From NCBI GenBank assembly GCA_963665815.1, contig OY762463.1, forward strand, positions 3,552,001 to 3,616,000: a stretch of 64,000 nt of DNA, given 5' to 3'. Below the pieces are notes generated by a model. It made no database searches. It was given only the letters and a program-made list of their open reading frames with translations, and had not been told where the DNA came from. Shown one piece after another: positions 10,376 to 20,413 of the stretch. Numbering within the stretch: position 1 is the first letter of the stretch; each line of letters begins with the position of its first letter. The stretch is from Candidatus Cloacimonadales bacterium (lineage in GTDB: Bacteria; Cloacimonadota; Cloacimonadia; Cloacimonadales; JAIOQZ01). Both the position numbers and the translations under genes were made by a program.

Positions 10376-10386
10376 AGGAGTTGGAA

Positions 10387-11679
10387 ATGACACAATTACA
10401 AGCTGCCAGAAAAGGAATCATTACAGATGCAATGAAAAAAGTTGCTGAATATGAAGGTTATTCACCTGAATGGATAAGAGATGAAGTGGCTGCCGGAAGA
10501 ATCGTTATACCTAAGAACATAAATCATGACTTTGTACCAAGAGGAATTGGTAATAAACTGAAAACTAAAGTTAATGCAAATATCGGTACATCTGAAGAAC
10601 ATTGTAATCTGGAAGAAGAAATTGCTAAACTTAAGATAGCTGTTAAGCATGGTGCAGACAGTGTTATGGATCTTTCTACAGGTGGGAAACTTGATTTTGC
10701 TCTAAGAACAATACTGGATCATTCTGAGGTTATGGTTGGAAACGTTCCAATTTATGCTACAATTGCCAAACTTGGACAGCAGGATAAAGATGTTCTTGAT
10801 ATGACTCCTGATATGCTTTTCGATGAGATTGAATATCAGGCAAAAGAAGGTGTGGATTTCATGACTGTTCACTGCGGAATTACCCGAAGATCAATCAGCT
10901 TTATGGATAACTGCGAAAGATTGCTTGGTGTAGTAAGTCGTGGAGGATCACTCATAAAGAGATGGATGGTTTATCATGAACAGGAAAATCCTCTTTATGC
11001 ACAATATGACAGACTTCTTGATATATGTGAACAATATGATGTAACATTGAGTCTCGGTGATGGATTCCGTCCTGGATCTCAGGCAGATGCTACAGATAGA
11101 GGACAAATTGCCGAATTGCTTGTTCTTGGGGAGCTTGTAGAAAAAGCTCAGAAACGTGGTATTCAGGTAATGGTTGAAGGTCCGGGACATGTTCCTCTGG
11201 ATCAGGTTGTTTCTAATGTTGAACTTCAGAAGAAGATATGTAACAATGCACCATTTTATGTATTGGGACCACTGACAACAGATATAGCTCCAGGATATGA
11301 CCATATTGTTGGTGCGATTGGTGGAGCACTTGCTGCTGCTCATGGTGTAGATTTTCTTTGCTATGTAACTCCTGCGGAACACTTATGCCTGCCAAATGAA
11401 GAAGACGTAAAGAATGGTGTTATAGCTTCTAAAATTGCTGCTCATTCAGGAGATATTGTAAAAAGAGTACCGGGAGCAATTGAAAGAGACCACATTGTAT
11501 CTAAAGCAAGAAGAGACTTTGACTGGGAAACAATTTATGCAAATTCTTTAGATCCTGAACTTGCCAGAGACAGAAAAGAAAATTCGGAAAGTCAGGGAGA
11601 AGATCACTGTACAATGTGTGGTTCTTTATGTGCTGTTAAAACAGACAGGAAATCTGCAGAAGAAACTGCCGGAAGATAA
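10387..11679 (+). CDS. thiC: Phosphomethylpyrimidine synthase (short form)
   Basis: KVNANIGTS, MDLSTGG, SRGGS, EGPGH, YVTPAEHL and C-terminal CTMCGSLC motifs; in an operon with thiE under a TPP riboswitch. Confidence 0.93.
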   Translation: MTQLQAARKGIITDAMKKVAEYEGYSPEWIRDEVAAGRIVIPKNINHDFVPRGIGNKLKTKVNANIGTSEEHCNLEEEIAKLKIAVKHGADSVMDLSTGGKLDFALRTILDHSEVMVGNVPIYATIAKLGQQDKDVLDMTPDMLFDEIEYQAKEGVDFMTVHCGITRRSISFMDNCERLLGVVSRGGSLIKRWMVYHEQENPLYAQYDRLLDICEQYDVTLSLGDGFRPGSQADATDRGQIAELLVLGELVEKAQKRGIQVMVEGPGHVPLDQVVSNVELQKKICNNAPFYVLGPLTTDIAPGYDHIVGAIGGALAAAHGVDFLCYVTPAEHLCLPNEEDVKNGVIASKIAAHSGDIVKRVPGAIERDHIVSKARRDFDWETIYANSLDPELARDRKENSESQGEDHCTMCGSLCAVKTDRKSAEETAGR

Positions 11680-11716
11680 GGATTATAAGTACTTAAAAAT
11701 CATCTATATACAAAAT

Positions 11717-11741
11717 AAGGCTGGTTAATTTGACCAGCCTT
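11717..11741. terminator. Bidirectional terminator
   Basis: aaggctggt/accagcctt stem between convergent genes. Confidence 0.7.
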
Positions 11742-11800
11742 TACAATTTATTTGAAAGCTCTGAGCATAACTATAGTATAGTGATCTCAAACAGATTTTT

Positions 11801-14134
11801 TTATGTTATCATTTTTCCTGTAGGCGTCATTTCCGGTACAGGTTGAGTTCCTGTTTCAAGGAAGTATTTTTTTCTTTTGCAGCGTTCAGATTTTTCTTTG
11901 CTGTTACAGAACATTTTAGCCCAGGTACTCATAATGTCATTTGTAGACTTTGTAACACTTTTGAAGAATGTGCATTGGTCTCTTAATTCACATGGTTCAT
12001 CAGTATCCATCCCGATCGACTCTACAGATTTTATGAATATCAGTAATTCTTTAATTGAATAGGGCTTGTTTAGTACGGGTATTTTCATGTTTTCTGCAAG
12101 TTTAGATCTGTCGTCCTCAGTACTGTAACCGCTTGTAAGAATAACCTTTAAATCACTGTTTTTCAACAATACATGTTGAATGAGGAAAATTCCGGTGGAG
12201 TCCGGGAAAACGAGATCTGTAATTAATATATCAATTTCATCTGAATGCTGGTCGAATAGTTTTCTGGCTTCCAGAATTGTTTCTGCGCAGAGGACTCTGT
12301 AACCATTCCTTTTCAGGGCATCTTCAGTAAATCGAAGAACAGCTTTATTGTTCTCAGCAACAAGCACCATTTCATTATTTCCTGAAGTATCAATCTTTTT
12401 GTCTTCTTCCTGAGCCTTTATATACAGTTCATCAGTTCTTGGTATGAAAATATCGAAAGAAGTTCCAAGGTTAACTTTACTTCTAACATTTATCCAGCCA
12501 TTATGCTGAGCTACAATGCCAAAGACGGTAGATAAACCTAAGCCTGTTCCTTTTCCATATTCTTTAGTTGTATAAAACGGTTCGAATATTCTTGGAAGAA
12601 TATCTTTCTTGATACCGGTGCCATTGTCTTCTATTGTCAGACAAACATAGTGACCAGTTGAGCTGTTTTCGATTGTTTTTGTCATTGCTTCATCAATTGA
12701 AACATTGCGAGAAATAAGTTTTATCACTCCTCCATTGGGCAGGGCATCTTTTGCATTTATTACAAGATTAATAATCATTTGTTTTAACAGAGTAATGTCA
12801 GCATTAATCATCCCAAGATCGTTTTCCATTTCAGTCTGGATTGAAATATTGACACCAATAATTCGCCTCAGAACAGAATTCAGGTTAACGATAATATTAT
12901 TCAGGTTCGTGTTTGTTTTACTGAGCTTCTGCTGTCTGCTGAAATATAATAACTGTTTAGTCAACTTCTGAGCGTCTATAGATGATTGCTTTATTTCGTT
13001 AACTATCTGGATGTTTTCATCACCAATATCCTCACCCAACAGCAATTCTGAATTGCCTGAAATAACTGTCAGAAGGTTGTTAAAATCGTGAGCGATCCCC
13101 CCAGCCAGTTTTCCCATTGCTTCCATCTTCTGTGATTGAAGAAACTGGAATTCAAGCTGTTTCTGCTCAGTCAAATCTTGTATTACGGAAAAATAACCTA
13201 TCCTGGTTGTTCCACTGAATCGAGGATATATTGTTATATACAGATGCTTAGCTTCATCTTGTGGATTCAGAGTTAGATTAATAGACTTACTTTCAGCAAA
13301 ATCACTGGAACGCATAAAACGATATAGTTCAACTCTTGAAGTTTCATCCATTAATGAATATACTATTTTGCCGTTTACATCACTCGGAGGAAGATCGAGA
13401 AGATTACAGAAGAAAGGATTACTCAACAGAATTTTTCCTTCCATATCAAGCATTATGATTCCTTCTCTGACACTATTAAAGACTTCTTCGAGAAGAGCTT
13501 TATGTTTACTGAGCAAAGATTCTGTCTTTTGAAGCACAATAGAATCTTTTTCGATTTTTCTATTTAATTTAAGAAGATTCTGCTGTTGATTATCTATAAT
13601 ATTGTTAAGTTTATTCTGATGAAGCAGAACTTCCTGCTCTGCTTTCCATTTTGAAGATAAGGCTTTAGAAAACTGTAAAATTTCCTGAGGATGAAAAGGT
13701 TTAAGCAGAAATAACAACTTATCCTGTGGAGGAATTTTGTCAGCTATGTCTTTTACGTCAATATCAGAAAAGGCTGTAACAATAACAATTGCTATCATAG
13801 GATCGAGTTTTCTTATTGTCTCTGCTGCCCAGATACCATCTTTACCGGGGGGCATTCTAATATCAAGAAAAGCGATTGCATATCTGTTGTCTTCAGCAAT
13901 TGATTTCTCGATTTCCTTAACTGCCTGTTCAGCCTGATTGCAGGTAACAATCTCATATTGATTTTCTTTTAACTGATTAGGGGTAGTTTCTGAAAACAGC
14001 TTTTCTTCCAATTTGCTGATTTCAGAATCATAATCGTCTTTTCCCGAAATTTGCGGACTTAAGACAGTTTTATAAAGATGTAGAATATTTTCTTCATCAT
14101 CTGCAATTAAAATTCTATAGCTTTGATCGGACAT
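11801..14134 (-). CDS. Hybrid sensor kinase (REC-PAS-HisKA-HATPase-REC) with a C-terminal Cys-rich domain
   Basis: LDIRMPPG receiver, AHDFNNLL H-box, NAKDA N-box, DNGTG and GTGLGL G-boxes, second receiver domain. Confidence 0.92.
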   Translation of the reverse strand: MSDQSYRILIADDEENILHLYKTVLSPQISGKDDYDSEISKLEEKLFSETTPNQLKENQYEIVTCNQAEQAVKEIEKSIAEDNRYAIAFLDIRMPPGKDGIWAAETIRKLDPMIAIVIVTAFSDIDVKDIADKIPPQDKLLFLLKPFHPQEILQFSKALSSKWKAEQEVLLHQNKLNNIIDNQQQNLLKLNRKIEKDSIVLQKTESLLSKHKALLEEVFNSVREGIIMLDMEGKILLSNPFFCNLLDLPPSDVNGKIVYSLMDETSRVELYRFMRSSDFAESKSINLTLNPQDEAKHLYITIYPRFSGTTRIGYFSVIQDLTEQKQLEFQFLQSQKMEAMGKLAGGIAHDFNNLLTVISGNSELLLGEDIGDENIQIVNEIKQSSIDAQKLTKQLLYFSRQQKLSKTNTNLNNIIVNLNSVLRRIIGVNISIQTEMENDLGMINADITLLKQMIINLVINAKDALPNGGVIKLISRNVSIDEAMTKTIENSSTGHYVCLTIEDNGTGIKKDILPRIFEPFYTTKEYGKGTGLGLSTVFGIVAQHNGWINVRSKVNLGTSFDIFIPRTDELYIKAQEEDKKIDTSGNNEMVLVAENNKAVLRFTEDALKRNGYRVLCAETILEARKLFDQHSDEIDILITDLVFPDSTGIFLIQHVLLKNSDLKVILTSGYSTEDDRSKLAENMKIPVLNKPYSIKELLIFIKSVESIGMDTDEPCELRDQCTFFKSVTKSTNDIMSTWAKMFCNSKEKSERCKRKKYFLETGTQPVPEMTPTGKMIT

Positions 14135-14145
14135 ATATCTTCCTC

Positions 14146-15960
14146 TCAGGTTATTTTTACTGGAATCAGGATATTTAACTCTGTCAGTCGTTCTTTTTCT
14201 GAAGTCTCCAGATTTAGACTGCCATTTAGTTTATTTATGGTGTTTGCACACCAGTGTAAGTTTTGATAATCATTATTAATAAGGAATTCTCTGTCAAACG
14301 TTTCTTTGATATTATTGAATTTTGCACCGGCATTAAATATTTTTATCTGTAGTAAAAGAGAACTGCTCTCGTGATTTAAAGTTAACAATACCTTTATATT
14401 ACACTTTTCTTTAAGAATATAAGTAAGAAATTCGAAAATCCTGTTTACTGCCAGGATATAAGGGATTTTTCTCAATTTGATAGTATTCGAAGAATTAATA
14501 TCTACGAGTGTTACATTACATCTATTTATTATTTCTGTTTCATGCAGGATAAAATTTATTTCACTGAACAGGTCATTCATTTTAATTGTTTCTTCTACTG
14601 ATTTTTCAGTCGTCCACTTTTCATGATACTGCAAAAGCTTTTCAATAGCTCTTAATTTTTCGTTCAGGAATATGATAGACATTCTGCTTTGTTCCTGTGA
14701 CTTGTATAGGGACTGTATACTGAGTTTGTAATACTCCATTAGATCTGCATCAGTCAAATGGAGTTGCTTGTTCTTCAACTCATTAAGTACTTTTTCAAAT
14801 CTGTTAACATGCATTGATTTAATCTGATTCTGAAGCTTTTCAACAAGATTAACAACGGGAGTCATGGAGTTTCTTATATTATGAATGAAAGTTCCTGACA
14901 TATCTGATAGACCTGCTTTGTAAGATAATGTTGAAAGTACGCTCTTTGTTTTTCTTAATGTGGAGGTTGTCCTGTGTATTTCTTGAGCAAGTATTCCAAA
15001 CTCATCATTTCTGTCTTCAAAAATTGTATCTGTTGCAGTTTCGTCATCAGATTGCTTTAGTGTAAAAATTTTCAGTTGATTGATGGGGCTGAGCACAATG
15101 AAATTTATTGATATTATCATTATAGTCAGAAGTAACACAACAATAAAAAGGATTACTGACCATGAAATTAGAATGTTCTTTCTGCCTTTCCGGGAAACAT
15201 TTCTTGAATGAACCGTCTTTATCTGTATAACGTTTTCTTTATTAAGGCAGGGAATATAGCTGAATGTTGATAAATAGTCAGAATCATTGAATTGAAAAAA
15301 AATCTGCTCTGGTTCTTTCAGGGATTCTTTATAATATTTATCGTCCCAGGTAATTTCAAAATTGATATTTGTTGTTTTTACCAGAGATTTTTCAACATCA
15401 TCACTTATCAGGGTGCCAACATACATCATACCTTTTGGTTCAGCATCTACAGTACTGGTTGTGACAGGACAGGAACTCAACATTAATATTCCGTATTCTG
15501 TATAATGAAAACCGGAAACTCTCTCGGTTGAGTTTGGATCTGTTATCAGTATATTATCAAAAATCCATTCATTGGATCTATCATTACAATATGTTTCTTT
15601 CGTCTTAAGATTCATGAATCGGAAATAGCATATGTCACTGTTCTTTGCTGCGTAAGCCATAAGATTAATATTATTACTCACAAAAGTTTCATCAATTAAA
15701 TTAGATTCTATGAAATCAGAATTTTTATCCTGAACGAACTCGTATGCATCATCCCATTCCGCCCAGTCTTTATTGAATAGAGAAATATGCTCAAGTTCTC
15801 TGTACAATATGTCTTTTACACGATTAGCATTTTTTATTGCCTGTTCGTTTTCAATAGCCTGAAACTCAGGATACATATATCGGAACATGACCACCAGTGC
15901 CAGTCCGATCATTAATAAGACAGGAAGAATAACAACTGTTAATATTTTTCTGGTAATCAT
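14146..15960 (-). CDS. CHASE4-HAMP membrane sensor with kinase-like C-terminus and degenerate ATPase boxes
   Basis: DWAEWDDAYEF CHASE4 signature, RNDEFG HAMP, IHNIRNSMTP H-box. Confidence 0.8.
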   Translation of the reverse strand: MITRKILTVVILPVLLMIGLALVVMFRYMYPEFQAIENEQAIKNANRVKDILYRELEHISLFNKDWAEWDDAYEFVQDKNSDFIESNLIDETFVSNNINLMAYAAKNSDICYFRFMNLKTKETYCNDRSNEWIFDNILITDPNSTERVSGFHYTEYGILMLSSCPVTTSTVDAEPKGMMYVGTLISDDVEKSLVKTTNINFEITWDDKYYKESLKEPEQIFFQFNDSDYLSTFSYIPCLNKENVIQIKTVHSRNVSRKGRKNILISWSVILFIVVLLLTIMIISINFIVLSPINQLKIFTLKQSDDETATDTIFEDRNDEFGILAQEIHRTTSTLRKTKSVLSTLSYKAGLSDMSGTFIHNIRNSMTPVVNLVEKLQNQIKSMHVNRFEKVLNELKNKQLHLTDADLMEYYKLSIQSLYKSQEQSRMSIIFLNEKLRAIEKLLQYHEKWTTEKSVEETIKMNDLFSEINFILHETEIINRCNVTLVDINSSNTIKLRKIPYILAVNRIFEFLTYILKEKCNIKVLLTLNHESSSLLLQIKIFNAGAKFNNIKETFDREFLINNDYQNLHWCANTINKLNGSLNLETSEKERLTELNILIPVKIT

Positions 15961-16141
15961 TAATGACCCTTATATTGTAGTATCTCTTTTAGAAAGAATA
16001 ATCCTAAAAAATGATTTACCTAAAAAAAATTTATTATATTAAAAAAACAAGAAGAATATGCTTTTTTGAATGTAATTTTTATAGTTATTGACATAAGTAT
16101 TTGAATTTATTTTAATGAAACAAAAAAAGAATCAACATCGC

Positions 16142-18208
16142 ATGAAATTTAAAAAATACACTTTAGAGAATCGCATATTAACGACGTTTGTTATTTTCAG
16201 TATTTTACTGACTGCTGTATTGTTATTGGCTTCATCGCAACTGACAAAATGGCAGATAAGACAGTACGAAAAAAACAATGGTAATCAGATTTACCACAGG
16301 ATTACAACGGAAATTAACAAAGATATCAGTAATCAACTGAAAAGTCTTAATGAGTTGAAAGAGAAATTTGTAAATACTGATAACCGAATACTCAGAAAAC
16401 AGTTTGCAGATATCGCTGTCAGGGATTCAGCAAGAAGTACTTTTGTTGGAACTGTAATAGTTTATGATGCGGATTACAATCTTCAGATAGGAGAAAGATG
16501 GGAAGTTACCGATAGTATAAGAGTTATTCTTGATGATAATTTAATAATGAGAGATGTAGGTGATTTTAAAGTGTATTTTGACCGACAAATTTATCTTGTG
16601 TCATTTATAAGAGATGTCGGGAGAACATTTGTATCTTACAAGATGATGTCAGAAGAGTATTTCAGAAAAGCGATTGATAACAGTCTTTATCTGCTGGATT
16701 ATCCAATTCTTAATTATCAGATTGCTGATTTAACATTTCTCAAGGACAAGCGTAGAGAGTTTAATGATGTTGTTTCGGAAAACTACCAGGAACATCGCTT
16801 TAATTTCCAGGAATCCTTAGGACATGAATATGGAATTATTGTTTACTGGCTTGAAGATTTTCAAAATATAAACAGGAAATTTATCCTGATTCCGGGACGC
16901 AGGACAGTAAATATCTTTTTTAATCAGAGTTTTATGATTATCTACTTAATCCTGTTCTCATTCAGTCTCTTTATTGTTGTCGTATTCAGTAACTGGGTAA
17001 GTCAAAATCTATTGAAGCCTTTGCACAAAGTATCACTTTCGATGATCAATATAATGAACAACCCTCTTACAAAACCGGAAGAAACAGAGTTTCATGATGG
17101 AGTTGTAGGTGATTTAAGGCGAACATTCTATCAAATGCAGTTATCATTATACAATTATTTCGAGGCAAACAAAATATATAAAACAATATCAACAAATATT
17201 GCAACTGCAATATTCTGGCTAGACGAAGATTTTATTATAGAGCATGCCAATCCCATGTTTTATGAAATGTTCCCCATCGAAGAAAGCAATATCAATTTTG
17301 CTGATTTGATTGATTTGAGAGATGAAGAGCTTCAGCAACTGAATAAAGGTAAACTTACTCTTGGGACAAAAGAAGTTGTGCGTGGGGCAATCAGAAAATA
17401 TTATGCTTTGACAATAAATACAGTTGATGATGATCTTAATAGAAAATACGCAGGTTCAGTCATTGATATCACTTCAGAAGTGCAGGGTAAGCAAGCTTTG
17501 GAAGCGCTGCAGCTTGGGTTGATCAGATCTAATAAGCTGGAAGCAATAGGTTCAAAAATTGATGGATTGATTCACAATATGAACTCTCAGTTGAATACAA
17601 TTCTTGGATTTTCACTTCTTATGGAGAAAGATATTGGTGAAAACAGAGACCTGAAGCGGATAATCAGTGCAGGGAAGAATCTTACTCAGTTTGTTAAGGA
17701 TTTACAGCATAAATACAGGTCGGATAATATAGCAATGAGAAGACCCCTCAATATTAATGATATAATAGAGAATGAACTGAATTTGTGTATACATAATCTT
17801 TTCTGTAAGCATCATGTGGAAATGATGCGGGAACTTGATTATGATCTTCCTGACTATTATGGAATTTACGGAGAGATCAGTCAGTGTTTTGCAAATGTAC
17901 TGACAAATGCTATTGAATCGCTGAAGGATGCCCCTGTAAAAAAAATACATGTCAAAACATATTCCGAAGATGGATTTTACTGCATAAGAGTAACAGATAC
18001 AGGATGCGGGATTGCTGCTGTAAATAAAATGAAAGTATTTAATCCTGGCTTTACGACTAATCCTGATCATGCAGGATTTGGTATCGGGCTGTCTGTGACA
18101 AGAATAATAATGGAAAAATATAAGGGATCAATTGAGTTTGATTCCAGAGAAAATAAAGGCTCTGAATTTGTTCTGAAATTCGGTATGGATACAAAGCCTA
18201 TAGATTGA
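16142..18208 (+). CDS. Membrane sensor histidine kinase (PilS/NtrB-like)
   Basis: Two TM segments, HAMP, PAS-like region, IHNMNSQL H-box, DTGCG and GFGIGL G-boxes. A TTGACA-N17-TTTAAT element overlaps the first ATG (16115), favouring 16142 as the start. Confidence 0.88.
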   Translation: MKFKKYTLENRILTTFVIFSILLTAVLLLASSQLTKWQIRQYEKNNGNQIYHRITTEINKDISNQLKSLNELKEKFVNTDNRILRKQFADIAVRDSARSTFVGTVIVYDADYNLQIGERWEVTDSIRVILDDNLIMRDVGDFKVYFDRQIYLVSFIRDVGRTFVSYKMMSEEYFRKAIDNSLYLLDYPILNYQIADLTFLKDKRREFNDVVSENYQEHRFNFQESLGHEYGIIVYWLEDFQNINRKFILIPGRRTVNIFFNQSFMIIYLILFSFSLFIVVVFSNWVSQNLLKPLHKVSLSMINIMNNPLTKPEETEFHDGVVGDLRRTFYQMQLSLYNYFEANKIYKTISTNIATAIFWLDEDFIIEHANPMFYEMFPIEESNINFADLIDLRDEELQQLNKGKLTLGTKEVVRGAIRKYYALTINTVDDDLNRKYAGSVIDITSEVQGKQALEALQLGLIRSNKLEAIGSKIDGLIHNMNSQLNTILGFSLLMEKDIGENRDLKRIISAGKNLTQFVKDLQHKYRSDNIAMRRPLNINDIIENELNLCIHNLFCKHHVEMMRELDYDLPDYYGIYGEISQCFANVLTNAIESLKDAPVKKIHVKTYSEDGFYCIRVTDTGCGIAAVNKMKVFNPGFTTNPDHAGFGIGLSVTRIIMEKYKGSIEFDSRENKGSEFVLKFGMDTKPID

Positions 18209-19611
18209 TGGAGAAATGTATGGTAGATTTTAAAGATGCCAGAATTTTGATAATAGATGATGAAGCTGATGCCCTGGAATTATTCGAAAGGCAACTGAAG
18301 GACTATTACAATGTTACTGCAGTTCAGACTGTAGATAAAGTGTTTGAACTTCTGGACAAGGAGTTGTTTCACATTGTTCTGACAGATGTAGTTATGCCCG
18401 AAATTACAGGTATAGAATTACTGGAAACAATAAAAGAGAAATGGCCTCATGTTTCGGTGGTTGTAATAAGCGGAAAAGCCAGTGTTGATATGGCTGTAAA
18501 GGCTATGAAGCTTGGTGCTGAAGATTTCATTGAGAAACCAATTCTTGATATGGATCTGCTGCACATGAAGGTTGAGAAAATACTGACTCAAAAATGGCAG
18601 TCTAATGAAATTGAGAGACTTAAGAATATACTTGATAACGAACTGGATATCGAAAATTTTGTGGGTAACAGTTATACGATTCAAAAATTGCTGGAGAAAG
18701 TCAGACTTATTGCACCTCTTGACACAACTGTATTGATAATGGGGGAGACAGGAGTAGGGAAAGAAGTCTTTGCGAATCTGCTTTACAGGAATAGTAATCG
18801 AAAAGATAGAAAATTTGTGACGGTTAATTGTGGTGCAATGCCGGAAAATCTGCTGGAAAGTATGTTGTTTGGTCATAAGAAAGGTGCTTTTACAAGTGCT
18901 GACAGAGATAAAATAGGGTATTTTCAGGAAGCTGATGGGGGAACTCTGTTTTTGGATGAGATTACTGAAACCTCAAGGGAATTTCAGATAAAGCTGTTAA
19001 GAGTTTTGGAGCAGGGAACAATCCGTCAAGTTGGGGGAGATGAAGATATAAAGGTTGATGTCAGAATTGTGGCAGCAACAAACAGAGATCTTGAGTCAGA
19101 AGTTGCAAAGAAGACCTTCCGTGAGGATTTGTATTACCGTCTCAATATTATGAGTCTGCATATCCCTCCCTTAAGAGAAAGAAAGGAAGATATTGAACTT
19201 CTTGCTTATGAATTTGTCAGGAAATTTTCAGAAAAATATAATAAGGATTACTTAACATTGCCTGAACCGGTAATTGATGCATTAACAGGATACAAGTGGA
19301 AGGGTAATGTTAGAGAACTGAGAAATGTAATTGAACATGCTGTTGTGATGTCAACCCATAATACTGTCAGTGTTGAGGATTTACCATTCTATAGAAAATA
19401 TAGTCGTGAAAAACGAAAAATGGAGATAGAAGAATTATTCAAGCTCTCTGTAAAAGATGCAAAGAATGAATTTGAGAAGCATTATCTGCTTTTCAAATTG
19501 AAACAGTATAACGGAGATATTGTTAGTGTGGTAAATGCAACAGGTATTAAAAGACAGAACTTGTATGAGAAATTTAAAAGATACGAGATAGATATTAACT
19601 CTTTCAGATGA
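18205..19611 (+). CDS. Sigma54-dependent response regulator (NtrC/PilR-like enhancer-binding protein)
   Basis: Receiver domain, GETGVGKE Walker A, ESMLFGHKKGAFTSA, FREDLYYRL, WKGNVREL, C-terminal HTH. Confidence 0.93.
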   Translation: MMEKCMVDFKDARILIIDDEADALELFERQLKDYYNVTAVQTVDKVFELLDKELFHIVLTDVVMPEITGIELLETIKEKWPHVSVVVISGKASVDMAVKAMKLGAEDFIEKPILDMDLLHMKVEKILTQKWQSNEIERLKNILDNELDIENFVGNSYTIQKLLEKVRLIAPLDTTVLIMGETGVGKEVFANLLYRNSNRKDRKFVTVNCGAMPENLLESMLFGHKKGAFTSADRDKIGYFQEADGGTLFLDEITETSREFQIKLLRVLEQGTIRQVGGDEDIKVDVRIVAATNRDLESEVAKKTFREDLYYRLNIMSLHIPPLRERKEDIELLAYEFVRKFSEKYNKDYLTLPEPVIDALTGYKWKGNVRELRNVIEHAVVMSTHNTVSVEDLPFYRKYSREKRKMEIEELFKLSVKDAKNEFEKHYLLFKLKQYNGDIVSVVNATGIKRQNLYEKFKRYEIDINSFR

Positions 19612-19612
19612 T

Positions 19613-19662
19613 TGTCATAAAAAAATGACATGTCCTATATTTTGTGTCATAAAATCATGACA
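19613..19662. promoter_or_regulatory. Tandem palindromic enhancer (UAS) sites TGTCAT-N6-ATGACA
   Basis: Two 18-bp sites at 19613-19630 and 19645-19662, 32 bp apart, upstream of a sigma54 promoter. Confidence 0.75.
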
Positions 19663-19775
19663 AATTTTGTGCATAATTAACTGAAAATAGGTTTAAATGA
19701 TAATCAGAAAAAAAGTAGCGCTTATAAAGCCTTGCTATTAAAGGATTCAAAAAATAGTATTAAAAAAAGTTAAGT

Positions 19776-19792
19776 TTGGCATCGTGGTTGCA
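19776..19792 (+). promoter_or_regulatory. Sigma54 (-24/-12) promoter of the pilin gene
   Basis: TTGGCATCGTGGTTGCA with exact GG-N10-GC spacing. Confidence 0.88.
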
Positions 19793-19857
19793 TTTAATGT
19801 TTGCAGATAGAGTGAAATATTTAATCATAAACAAAAAAACTTAACTGGAGGAACCCG

Positions 19858-20301
19858 ATGGGAACACAACAGATTTTATTAATCGTACTTAGCGTAATCG
19901 TAGTAGGAATCGCAGTAGCAGTAGGTATTCAAATGTTTTCAACACAGGCACAAAATGCTAATCGTCAGGCAGTAATGGGCGATTTACAAAATTATGGTGC
20001 AAGTGCAGTAGCTCACTTCAAAATGCCAGCAAGCATGGGTGGCGGTGGAAAAGGTACACCTGGATTTGGTGCAGATTTAGCAGCAGCAAAAGCAGGTGTT
20101 GGAAGATATATGGGATTTACAGCAGCAGGAACCTTGACAAATGATAACGGAACTTATACACTTGGTTATACAAGTGCATCAGTTGTAACAATCACTGGTG
20201 TTGGAACTGAAATTGGTCAGGATGGAACAAATGGTGTTCAAGCAGTACTTACAGTAACAGGAACAGCAGCATCACCACTTTCTACAACCATTGCTAACTA
20301 A
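19858..20301 (+). CDS. Putative major type IV pilin, non-canonical N-terminus
   Basis: 147 aa; long N-terminal hydrophobic helix continuing into an amphipathic helix; Gly/Thr/Ala-rich head; strong RBS and own sigma54 promoter; first gene before pilC/pilB. Confidence 0.75.
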   Translation: MGTQQILLIVLSVIVVGIAVAVGIQMFSTQAQNANRQAVMGDLQNYGASAVAHFKMPASMGGGGKGTPGFGADLAAAKAGVGRYMGFTAAGTLTNDNGTYTLGYTSASVVTITGVGTEIGQDGTNGVQAVLTVTGTAASPLSTTIAN

Positions 20302-20327
20302 TACGCTGAAAGTATAATTTAATTTTC

Positions 20328-20349
20328 AGGGGGAGTTCAGACTCCCCCT
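20328..20349 (+). terminator. GC-rich hairpin after the pilin gene (no U-tract)
   Basis: agggggagt-tcag-actccccct, 9-bp stem. Confidence 0.55.
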
Positions 20350-20413
20350 CAGACTCTTGACGGACTTGATAACATATTTTCAAGTTCGTCTATTGGTAAT
20401 TCAGGGAAAGAAT

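Noticed and set aside
10387..11679. BzaA/B/F (benzimidazole synthesis) instead of ThiC
   Set aside because: The context is thiE plus a TPP riboswitch, not cobalamin genes.
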